DNA of 64,000 nucleotides from Lingula anatina (taxonomy: Eukaryota; Animalia; Brachiopoda). The notes beneath the pieces were generated by a model. That model worked only from the letters and a program-made list of their open reading frames with translations. It had not been told where the DNA came from and did not search any database. The translations under genes were made by a program, and so were the position numbers. Position 1 is the first letter of the stretch; every line of letters begins with the position of its first letter. Where the stretch lies: the NCBI GenBank assembly GCA_051362555.1, contig CM120640.1, positions 67,620,788 through 67,684,787 of the forward strand. Direction: 5' to 3'. Of the stretch, positions 50,653 through 61,682 are shown one piece after another.

Positions 50653-52938
50653 TTCATTTTGATATTTCGACATAAATGCTATCGCAATTATCTATATGTT
50701 GGCGCACCTCTCGGTTGCCGAATTTATTGTGGATATTCTTTTACTGTTTATCTTAATGCACCGTGGAAATTGTTTGGCCACATCACATATTGAAGGAAAG
50801 AGCTTTTCTAAACGCTTTTATTCGTATCAGGTGGGGGACTAAAATGGACTTTTAACACGAAGTTTTCTCTTCCCCATAGTGTTCTAGCTAAACTTCTTCG
50901 CTGCTAAGCTGATGTAAGACTTATGACCTATTACCGCACACATTAATCAGCTTATAACTCTTTAACTGTGCTCCGACCCCCTCATGGCAACGGCCCTTAG
51001 TAACAGAGGCGTGGCTTAGTTGTCAGCCTGACTGGGGCGCGTGCCAATGAAAAACTCATCAAAAGACACATTTTGCAGTGCAAATTCATAAAAATTATTA
51101 CATCCAACGTTAGATACTTTTTTGATTAATATAAACACACAAAAAACTCAAAAACATGATTTTAAGCGTATTTAACCCTATCACTGGCCTTAAAGCAAAA
51201 ATGCTTTTTATGTACAGACACAGATGTGTCTGTACATATAGCCATCATCTGCGTCTGTCGTCGTCGCCGTGCACTCAGCGATAACACGATAAGTGGAATA
51301 CCGTTTTACATTTTGTATTCAAATTTACAGAACTGATGAATATTCATAATCCGCAGGTCAAGTTCGAAAATCAGCATGATTGGGCCATTTTTAGGGAAGT
51401 AATGCTGTTTTTTCACTTTTTTCAGCATATAAGCAGCACTGATAACACGATAAGTGGAAAACCATTTTACTTTTTGGCTTGAAACTTATAAAACTGATGA
51501 ATATTCATAATATGCAGGTCAAGTTCGAAAATCAGCATGATCGGGCCATTTTTAGGGAAGTTATGCTGTTTTTTCACTTTTTTCAACATATATGCAACAC
51601 TGATAACACAATATAAGAAAAACAGATAGGCCAATTGTCATTATACTCACAGGAGTAGTCTAACTAAAATGCAGGTTGAGTTCGAAAATCAGCATAATCG
51701 GGCCTTTATTTTAGAAGTTATGCTGTTTTTTCACATTTCCTCAGATTCAATTCTTAGGCATGTTAACAGTCTCATTATTTAACTAATAAGATACGTAAAA
51801 GTGTTTGTTTGATATTTCCTGCATCTTTACGACATTGTTAATTGATTATGTAAAAATGATGGTAAACTTGTTATCGTGCATTGTGTAATATAGTGTCAAA
51901 AATGGAAATAAACTCATATCATTGCAGTTTGTCAGATTCAATCATCCACTATGTTCAGAATCTCATAATGGAGGAAATAAGACATTTAACACTGTTCTAC
52001 TGATATTTTTCCCATCTCATCAATTTTCTTAGTTGGTCATATAAAAATGGCAACAAACTGTTTATTTTGTTTTATGTTAAAAAAATGTTAAAAATGGAAA
52101 TAAACCCATTTCAGAACAGTGCTGTCTTGTTTACATTTTGGCATTTTTAAGATGTGACTTTGAAGTTTCATGAGCCTGCAGACCTTTGCTAGTCACGTTT
52201 TCTGAATATCCATGATACTTATATTTTATTATTTAAAATTGATGGTCATTATGCTGTTAAATATTATGTAATATTGCATCAAAATTTGAAGAAACCCCTA
52301 TTTTGGGCACTGCTCCCATGATGACCATTTAAGAAAAACCATGTCACTTACTGTTTTCAAACTTACAGGAAAGAAACATGGGGCTAAAATACAGCTTCAG
52401 TAGGCAATGCAGTCTGTTTGGTAATTTTTTCTGGCAGTTAAACAGTTTTTTTGTGAAAATTTAATTTTTCACATATTGGCATTTTCAAGGTGTGACTTTG
52501 AAGTTCCAAGATCCTGAAGACCTTTGCTTGTCACGTTTTCTGAATGTCCATGTTACTAATATTCTATTATTAAAAATTGATGGTCATTATACTGTTAAGC
52601 ATTATGTAATGTTGCATCAAAATAGAAGAAAACACAATTTTTGGTGCTGCTGCCATGATGACCATTATAGGAAAACTGTGTTATGACTGTCAAACCTTTA
52701 AAAAAGAAACACAGGACTAAAATGCAGAATGAGTTGGAAAAGTAGTCTAATTGGCTTCTTTTTCTGGAAGTTATACATTTGAGTGAAATATTCATTATCT
52801 TTTTGGCATATTCATTGTGGGACATGGAGCTCCCATGGACATGAAGCCGAATGGTGATCAAATTTTCTACATGTCCATGCTATTTATTGTCAATAATCAA
52901 AAATTTGTGATAATTATTCTATAATTTATTATGTAATG

Positions 52939-54190
52939 CAGTGATTGGGAAGGTTCAAACCACCCATGGGACAATGGCCCCTCCTAGGTCACCCTTAATG
53001 GGCCATTTTGCATATCAATGGGCCATCGCTTGACATTTATGGGCCATTTTTAACCATGACAAATATATTTGAAATATCTGTATCAATATTTTTGGGAATA
53101 ATATAATAAGGTTTTGCAGTTTCTTTGTTAATATATTTATTTAGTTAAGACTTTTATTGTATTTTTCAATAAAACCATTACAATGCCTTCTTTACTGAAC
53201 TTATTTGAAGACTAAATGAAAAAACAAAATGATCAGAAAACATGTAATACTCATAAGTAATTGGTTTTTATTTGATGAAACCATCAACAAGAGGTAAACA
53301 ATCTAGATCTCTGAAATCCTTGATTACTCAAAACTGAGAAAATGTAAATGAAATTGTCTTCACATACTGTCTAGTACTTATTAATCAGTCTTACTGAAAA
53401 GAGATTTCATTACTTAATGAAGTAATCTCTTTTTCCTGTGCCACACATTCAATGCATCCTCATAACATATCTTACTCCCAAGAATCTTAACTCTTACACT
53501 GTTCGCAGTCGTACTGGAGCCAGGGCCATAGTTGAAGCCATCGGGGTTGAAAACCTCGTACGACCTGAGAGTGAGAGGTGCTAGCACTAGCAGTAACACT
53601 ACTGTCAGTGTCACTACTACTCGTCGTAGTGCAAGGAGCGCTGCTCTCAGAAGTTGGTACATTTTCTTCCCCCGTCTCCTTTGAGACTTCTTCCTGAACG
53701 TTGGACGGACCCTTAGACGAAGCGGTTGAAGTAAATAAACTAACTAATGTAGGCTGGTCTGGTGAGATTTTAAAAATCTTTTTCGGCGGCATTTTTCTTT
53801 TCACTTCACCAAAGTGCTGCTTGAAAAAATCCCATGTGCTTTCAGAACGAAAAGCAAGGTTACTTCTAATTGGATAAACATGACCTATAAACTGATTGGC
53901 CAATAAGATATCAGCTTTTATTTCATTAGCATATCTATTGGGACGATGTGCTCATTGCTCTCGGCAAACTTCGCCGATTGCGTTTGATAGCTTCCGAATT
54001 CGTTCCTGAGACGTCTTCAGGTATGAGAGGAAAATTACGCTAATCAGTTGACGAATAGTTTATTGACTCTTTTTAAAAGCGATGTATATCAAAATCACGC
54101 GCCCTTATGGCGCACAAACAGGGCTTTTTATGCACCCAGTTACGATTCTATGCGCGTATGGCGCAATGGCGCGTTCCTTCCCAATCACTG
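52939..54190 (-). mobile_element. hAT deletion derivative E with 7-bp TSD
   Basis: Perfect 15-bp TIR CAGTGATTGGGAAGG. TSD TGTAATG at 52932-52938 and 54191-54197, confirmed by uninterrupted host copies. Subterminal ATGGGCC (left) and ATGGCGC (right) motifs. Confidence 0.92.
53414..53792 (-). pseudogene. hAT transposase remnant: N-terminus/TTF-type zinc-finger start fused to extreme C-terminus
   Basis: ATG 53792 MPPKK...RGFQPRWLQLWPWLQY (TTF-type finger opening), then in another frame YEDALNVWHRKKRLLH* (ZNF862-like hAT C-terminal motif). The catalytic core is absent. Confidence 0.8.
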
Positions 54191-54803
54191 TGTAATGTTA
54201 CATCAAAATTGACAACAATATTTTTGCATTGCTACTGCAAACATTATGAAAAGAAAACTGTGTTACTTATTATTATTTTTAACTTACAAGTATGATTTTT
54301 AGGATTGGCATGCAGTTCAAATTAGAAAGCCAGGTCAATTGGGTTATCATTTATTATTGAATTTATGCAATTTTGTGTGAAATTTTCATTTTTCTCATTC
54401 TGGCACTTTCTAAGTATAAACTTGAACTCTGATGGGCCTGAAGCCTTATGCTTTTACTTTCGTCGTTGTTACCTGTTGTGCATAATTAAAATTTGATGTT
54501 GACTGTGCAGTAAAACATAATGTATTATTGCATCAGAATTGGTAGTCTCCTATTTTGTGCATTATTGTTTTGTGCTTTTCTTAAGATGTGACTTATGGGC
54601 CTGAAAGACCTTTGAGAGGGTCAGTCTGTTAATATCCCTTGGGTATCACTTAGCTAATTTCTGAGTTATAAAGTCATTTGCCTAATTGATAGGCCATTAA
54701 AGGAGATTACATAAAGCACACTTGTTGATATTTCCTTGTAAACTCCCAAAAGTTAAGCTCTCTGCTAGATAAATAATAAGGAAGCAGTGATAATTATGCA
54801 GGT

Positions 54804-54806
<3 letters not shown>

Positions 54807-54886
<80 letters not shown>
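54807..54886. repeat. (TA)n microsatellite, about 40 units
   Basis: Direct reading. Homologous positions at ~21075, ~38346 and ~56920 have different lengths. Confidence 0.97.
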
Positions 54887-54888
<2 letters not shown>

Positions 54889-57800
54889 CAAAGATTAAAA
54901 ATTTGAATAGCAGCTTCATTGAAATTATATTTACCTCAGGCTCTGTCAAGGAGGTTATATTTTCACCCCTGTTTGTCTGTCATCAACATAACTCAAAAAG
55001 TTATGGACCAATTTTGCTGAAATTTTCAGGAACTGTCAGAATTGGGCCAAAGAGGACAATGATTAGTTTTTAATGGTGGTCTGGCTCAATAATCAATCAA
55101 TAATCAATAATAATCAACAATTGCTGCCTTTGCAGAGGTCTGCACTCTCGGTGGTTTTCTAGTTTTGTTATGTTTTCCTTTACAATTTTTTCTCAAACAC
55201 TTGCATTTGTGACTTTTAACTCTCATCTGCTCGAGGCTCTGCACATTTTCTGTATTTCCACATAAGCAATTGTATTGTTTTTTATGTCTTTAAACATTAT
55301 ATAATATTATTTTATGCACTGTCATCATTTTTCAAATATTGAGACTTTCATCATGTGACTTTGGTCTCTCATGGTCCTGAAACTGTAATCTTATTGAAGG
55401 GGTGGATTGAGACCATCTTCTGGGTCTTCTGGAAGACAGGTTATTAAGTTTATAATGCCATTTCAGAACAGTGCTGTCTTGTTTACATTTTGGCATTTTC
55501 AATATGTGACTTTGAAGTTCCATGGGCCTGAAGACTTTTGCTTGTCACATTTTCTGAATAACTATGATGCTAATATTTTATAATTACAAATTGATGGTCA
55601 TTATGCTGTAAAACATTATGTAATATTCCATCAAAATTTGAAGAAACCCCTATTTTGGGCACTGCTCCCATGATGACCATTTAAGGAAAATCATGTCACT
55701 TACTGTTCTAAAACTTACAGGAAAGAAACATGGGACTAAAATACAGCTTCAGTAGGCAATGCAGTCTGTTTGGTAAATTTTTCTGGCAATTAAACAGTTT
55801 TTTGTGAAAATTTAATTTTTCACATATTGGCATTTCCAAGGTGTGACTTAGAACCTCCACGGGCTTGAAGACCCATGCTAGTCACATTTTGTGAAAATTC
55901 ATGACACTTATATTTTATTATTAAAAATCGATGGTCATTATGCTGTTAAGCATTATGTAATGTTGCATCAAAATAGAAGAAAACACAATTTTTGGTGCTG
56001 CTGCCTTGATGACCATTATGGGAAAACCGTGTTACTTATGACTGTCAAACTTTCAAAAAAGAAACACAGGACTAAAATGCAGCCTGAGTTAGAAAAGCAG
56101 TCTAATTGGCTTCTTTTTCTGGAAGTTATATATTTTAGTGTAATATTCATTATCTTTTTGGCATATTCATTGTGGGACTCGGAGCTCCCATGGACATGAA
56201 GCCAAATGGTAATCATATTTTCTACATGTCCATCCTATTTATATTCAATAAACAAAAATTGGTGATAATTATTCTCTAATTTATTATGTAATGTTACATC
56301 AAAATTGACAACAATCTTTTTGCACTGCTACTGCAAACATTATGAAAAGAAAACTGTGCCACTTATTATAATTTTAAACTTACAAGTACGATTTTTAGGA
56401 TTGGCCTTCAGCTCATGAGAAAACCAGCTCTATTGGATTATCATGTTTATTGTATTTATGCATTTTTTTGTGAAATTTTCATTTTTCTCATTCTGGCACT
56501 TTCTAAGTATAAACTTGAACTCTGATGGGCCTGGAGCCTTATGCTTTTACTTTCGTCTGTGTGACCTGTTGTGCATAAGTTGATGTTGACTGTGCAGTTA
56601 AACATAATGTATTATTGCATCAGGATTGGTAGTCTCCTATTTTGGGCATTATGGTTTTGTGCTTTTCTTAAGGTGTGACTTATGGGCCTGAAGACCTTTG
56701 AGTGGGTCAGTCTGTAAATTACCCTTGGGTATCACTAGATTAATTTCAGAGTTATAAAGTCATTTGCTTTAATAGGCCATTAAATGAGATTACATAAAGC
56801 ACACTTGTTGATATTTCCCTGTAAACTCCCAAAGGTAAAGCTCTCTGCTAGATTAATAATAAGGAAGCAGTGATAATTATGCAGGTAAATTTTGTTTAAT
56901 ATTGCAAATAAGTTTTAAATATATATATATATATATATATCAAACTGGAAGATTAAAAGTTTGAATAGCATCTTCATTGGAATTATATTTACCTCAAGCT
57001 CTGCCAAGGAGGTTATATTTTCACCCCTGTTTGTCTGTCATCCACATAACACAAAAAAGTTATGGACCGATTTTGCAGAAATTTTCAGGAACTGTCGGAA
57101 GTGGGCCAAAGAGGACAATGATTAATTTTTGGTGGTGGTCCGGATCAATAATCAATCAATTATCAATAATAATCAACAATTGCTGCCTTGGCAGAGGTCT
57201 GCACTCTCAAAGTGCTTTTCTAGTTTTGTTGTTTTCCTTTATAATATTTTCTCAAACACTTGCATTTGTGACTTTTAACTCTCATCTGCCTGGGGCTCTG
57301 CACATTTTCTGTATTTCTACATAAGCAGTTGTATTGTTTTTTATGTCTTTAAACATTATGTAATATTATTTTATGCACTGTCATCATTTTTCAAATATTG
57401 AGACTTTCATAATGTGAATTTGAACTCTCATGGTCCTGAAACTGTAATCTTATTGAAGGGGTGGATTGAGACCATCTTCTGGGTCTTCCGGAAGACAGTC
57501 AGGTTTTTAAGTTTATATTGACTGGTATCTATTTTTTTCTGTTGGAAGACCATCAAAATGGAGGATGGATCAACATAGATTCTTTGTAATACTGTCAGAA
57601 AATATCTCTGGGTCTGCTCCTGTTATTGACCATGTTACCTGTTGGGCAAGATTAAAATTCAGTGTTGACTGACAGTGCTATTATAAGCATTATTTATTAT
57701 TGCATCAAAATTGACAAAATGACCTTTTTTGCATCTTTATTTTCTGTTTTTTGTCTGTACATTTGACAGCTTTGCTGCCTTGTTTTCTGTTGGAAGACCA

Positions 57801-58049
57801 TCAAAATGGAGGATGGATCAACATAGATACTTTGGAATACTGTCAGAAAATATCTCAGGGTCCGCTCCTGTTATTGACCATGTTACCTGTTGTGCATGAT
57901 TAAAATTCAGTGCTGACTGACAGTGCTATTATAAGCATTTTTTATTATTGCATCAAAATTGACAAAATGACCTTTTTTTATATCTTTTTTTTGTTTTTTG
58001 TCTGTACATTTGACAGCTTTGCTGCCTTGTTACTGTTTATAATGCACAA

Positions 58050-58660
58050 TCTTATAGTCTTCTATAGGATTCTATAGAAATTCTTTAATTTCTATTTTAA
58101 AGAAATCTTGAAAAAATTCATCATTTGTAAAGTAATCTTTTATGGAGAAATATTTTATTATTAGGAATGTTTTTGTACCAAATCATTGAAGCTGAAATTA
58201 TTTTTTTAAATTTATGTTCAGACCATTACAAAAATTCCTATAAGATCCTATAGGAAATTTTATAGGAATTTCTATAGGAACCTATAGGAAATCCTATGCT
58301 AATTCATATAGGGAATTTTTATAAGGCCGGGTTGAATGAAAAACAATGAATCTGGTTTAAATATCAGTATATGATTTTGATTTTTAATTTATGTTCAGAC
58401 CATTACAAAAATTTCTATAGGAACCTATAGGAAATCCTATGCTAATTCATACAGGGAAATTTTATAAGGGCGGGTTGAATAAAAATAATGAATCTAGTCT
58501 AAATATCAGTATATAATTTTAATTTTTAATATATTTTCAGACCATTACAAAAATTCCTATAGGAACCTATAGGAAATTCTATGCTAATTCATATAGTGAA
58601 TTTTTGTAAAGCTGGGTTGAATGAAAAATAATGAAACTGGTCTAAATATCAGTATATAAT
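58050..58660. repeat. CCTATAGG palindrome-rich CACTA/EnSpm-like end, tandemly triplicated with its flank
   Basis: Three units begin TTCAGACCATTACAAAAATT at ~58217, ~58394 and ~58536. Each has CCTATAGGAA motifs and a TTTTATAAGG(G)-like putative terminus. Confidence 0.65.
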
Positions 58661-60293
58661 GTATTTTTACTTTTTGTGTGATCATATTCACTTACTTCAT
58701 ATTTCTTCTATTATATTGAAAGTCAACCTTATAATCAGATTTTACTTGACCTTGGCTGTTTTAAAAAGTGAAAGTGCAATCCTGCCTAATATATAAAATA
58801 TAATGTAAAAGTAAGTGAACATTAAGGGTATAGTACTGTCCCTCATAAAGGATGGGAAACGAGGACAAATTAATATGTTTATAAAGATACATTTTATTAT
58901 AAACCATGCTCAATCATTTGTAAGGTTTAACAGTCAACTGATGTTAGCTAGAGAATGCCCTACTCCACCAGCCATAACCACAGATTCAACAACTGTGTAT
59001 TTCTTTTGTTAGCATGGCACCTATTATTAGGTCACTACTCCTGTAGCTATTGTTACACTAGTAACAGTAACCGCCTATTAGGTGTTATCAGATGTGTGGT
59101 ATCCTGTCTAAGTCTTTGTTTATATGAGACAAGCAGCAACTGAGTATACAGCTATCAAGACGGTTTAAATTCAGGAGCATAGTGGAAGGGTACAGAGTGT
59201 AGAAAAATCGGATTGAGGAAGGTATGTATTACAGTAATGCATTGGATCATTTGGTCATCTAATCAAATTGAAAATGAGATAATTAATTGATCTAATTTGT
59301 AGTGTACCTTGTAAACATCATATCTATATTACATTAAACAAGTTATAATTTATAATGTATAGCTTCCCTTTTAGCCAACAAAGAAACAGGGATACATAAT
59401 GCAATCACTGTTTAGTCTCTTTATTTCTTATAAAACTGTGATCAATTGCTCATCAAAATATTTCTTTAAATGCAGTTGAATCTAAAAAAAAAAAACAATT
59501 TACATTTCATTTAACTTTTGGTTTGTGATTTATTAAAAATTATCTATTTAATGTTATCCACAACTGCCTCCAAGGGACCATCATGATATATAACTGAGAA
59601 AGACCCATGCTAATAAATAACATACAATTAACATGTTAGAGGAGCTGTCAGGGCAAATTACCTCACATGTTCTTCAGGATCGTTTATTTGCCAAGTTTTC
59701 TTTCCCTTTAATTTCTTTTCAACCCTTAATGTGAGGTAAACACCATAGTTTGTTTAAAAATATTTTTTGCTAACCTATACATAATGGAAATGAAATGTGC
59801 ATTGTGAAAATCTGACCATTTTGCTTACACAAAAGCTATAAATTTTAACTTGGGGGTTGCTTTTTTGTGGTTTGGACTGATGATTTAGGTCAAGCAAAGA
59901 CTGGTGAGAATAGGGAATTACTGTTTACCCTCGGAAATTAGTTTTCTATGAGTTTTGGGGACTTTTTTGGCCCTGGCAGCTCTGTAATGGCCCAATTGCA
60001 TATTTAACCAGAGTAGAGTTTTCTCCACTGCGGATTTCTGCATTTTAAAATTTGTTTCTGATTGTTCCTGTGGGCTTGGTCCTATGAAATATGTTCATGT
60101 TCTTTATATTTTTTTTTACAAATTATCCAGCTTTAATACGTCTTTGAAAAAAATTCAGTTGAAGGCTACGAATTGCTCAAAATAGAATTGGTGCAATGAT
60201 TATTATTGATCTCATTAGAAAATTTTTCCTTCATCATTTTGCATTTTTGTAGACATGTACAATTAATTGAAATTCACAATGTCTTTCTTTCAG

Positions 60294-60385
60294 AATACAT
60301 CTGCAAATGGTTCAACACAACTCAGACGGAGGTTAAGAAGGCTATCACAGTAAAGTTGAACAATGTGCAAAAGACTTTTGTCTAA
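60294..60385 (+). pseudogene. Orphan terminal exon resembling the C-terminal helices of a BEN domain
   Basis: TCTTTCTTTCAG acceptor, open frame YICKWFNTTQTEVKKAITVKLNNVQKTFV*, and AATAAA at 60669. Confidence 0.5.
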
Positions 60386-60796
60386 AATTCTTCAATTATT
60401 AAGTGACTAAAGCAGTATGCTGACAATGGGCACGGTCTGGCAAAGGGAGGTTTTAGCCACTCATTCTGGCTGGAGTTCGAACCCACACAAGAAAAAGACA
60501 GAGACGCCACAGCTTGACAAGACATATTGGATCCTTGTGATAGCTTATAGAACTTATAATTAAAAAAGCAGTAGCAACACCATTGAATTTGCAAAAATCT
60601 ATGAAACAATTCTCTAGTAAGCTGGTTACATACCATACTGGAATATGTACATACATTTATACATATTGAATAAAGAATTTAAACATGATACATTCTTTTG
60701 TTTTGAGGGACCAGTGCCTATTACCAATTTTGCCAAAGATCCAACAATATATAAAAAGCTGTAAACATATTCTCAAAGCAGTTAATATGAATTTCA

Positions 60797-61012
60797 ATAG
60801 GTTCCTATAAGATTTCCTATAGGATCCTATAAGATTTCCTATAGGATCCTATAGGATTTCCTATTAGATTTCCTATAGGATTTCCTATAGGATCCTATAG
60901 GAAAATGGGACAATTTCCTATAGGATCCTAAAGGAAATCCTATAGGAAATCTTATAGGATCCTATAGGAAATCTTATAGGAAATCCTATAGGAAATCTTA
61001 TAGGATCCTATA
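60797..61012. repeat. TCCTATAGGA palindromic minisatellite, CACTA/EnSpm-like subterminal region
   Basis: Units read GATTTCCTATAG left of ~60905 and CTATAGGAAATC right of it, forming an overall imperfect inverted repeat. Confidence 0.85.
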
Positions 61013-61027
61013 AATACTCAAAAATAA

Positions 61028-61600
61028 GCAGAGATACGCCCATAGTTACTATTGAACTTGAATAGGAAGTCATATACTGGTAATCTAACTGTAAACTTGA
61101 AATTGACCTTTGACCTAATTTTCACCTTGAACTGAACTTTGCAAATTTTCCAGCCCTTATATCTCTAAAACTGGCAGAGATACATCCATAGTTATTGTTG
61201 AACTTGAGTGGGAAGTCATATACTGGCAATCTTACTGTGACCTTGAAATTGACCTTTGACCTACTTTTTACCATGAACTGAACTTTGCAAAATTTGTCTC
61301 CCTTATATCTCGAAAACTGGCAGAGATATGCCCATAGTTACTATTGAATCTAAATAGGAAGTCATATACTAGCAATCTGTGACCTTGAAATTGACCTTAA
61401 AGCTACTTTTTATGATGAACTGTACTTTGCATGTTTTCTGGCCTTTATATCTCCAAAATTGGAGAAATGCCCATAGTTACTATTGAACTTGAATAGGAAG
61501 TCATATACTGTAACCTTGAAATTGACCTACTTTTTTACCATGAACTGCACTTTGCATATTTTCTTGCCCCTCAAATCTTCAAAACTGGCAGAGATATGTC
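61028..61600 (+). repeat. HINE-2 146-bp monomer array (4 units), same strand as 35440-35972
   Basis: AAACTGGCAGAGATA anchors at 61168 and 61314, with the same monomer sequence as the array at 35.4-36.0 kb. Confidence 0.9.
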
Positions 61601-61614
61601 CAGTGTTGCCCCTA

Positions 61615-61682
61615 GGTTTTCCTTGAAATGTATTATCAGTGTTGCATATATGCAACACTGATAATACATTTCAAGGAAAACC
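61615..61682. repeat. Perfect 68-bp palindrome
   Basis: GGTTTTCCTTGAAATGTATTATCAGTGTTGCATA|TATGCAACACTGATAATACATTTCAAGGAAAACC, with no spacer. Confidence 0.97.

Larger units (their letters stand above)
48951..50841 (-). mobile_element. Academ-like deletion derivative (true left end 47065, split by element C)
   Basis: TAGTCCC...GGGACTA termini. 3-bp TSD AAA at 47062-47064 and 50842-50844. ~150-bp imperfect TIR with a strong core at 49000-49102 vs 50679-50781. Confidence 0.8.
46648..51189. mobile_element. Truncated Kolobok-like element hosting Academ and element C
   Basis: Right end ATCACTGGCC|TTAA. Non-coding sequence 46648-47064 joins 50845-51189 after removing the inserts. The left end was not found. 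Confidence 0.4.
51205..58031 (+). mobile_element. 6.8-kb HINE-1 with duplicated body and duplicated tail
   Basis: Head at 51205. Body ~52107-55457 is followed by a diverged second body 55458-57784. Tails end at 57784 and 58031. Confidence 0.9.

Noticed and set aside
54697-54891. ORF with (IY)n repeat
   Set aside because: Translation of the (TA)n microsatellite.
58930-59225. Possible upstream exons of the BEN-like gene (donor AAG|GTATGT at ~59221)
   Set aside because: In-frame stops, weak acceptors and no recognisable motif.
60465-60490. GGTTCGAACTCC (minus strand) B-box suggesting tRNA or SINE
   Set aside because: No A-box at proper spacing and no cloverleaf.
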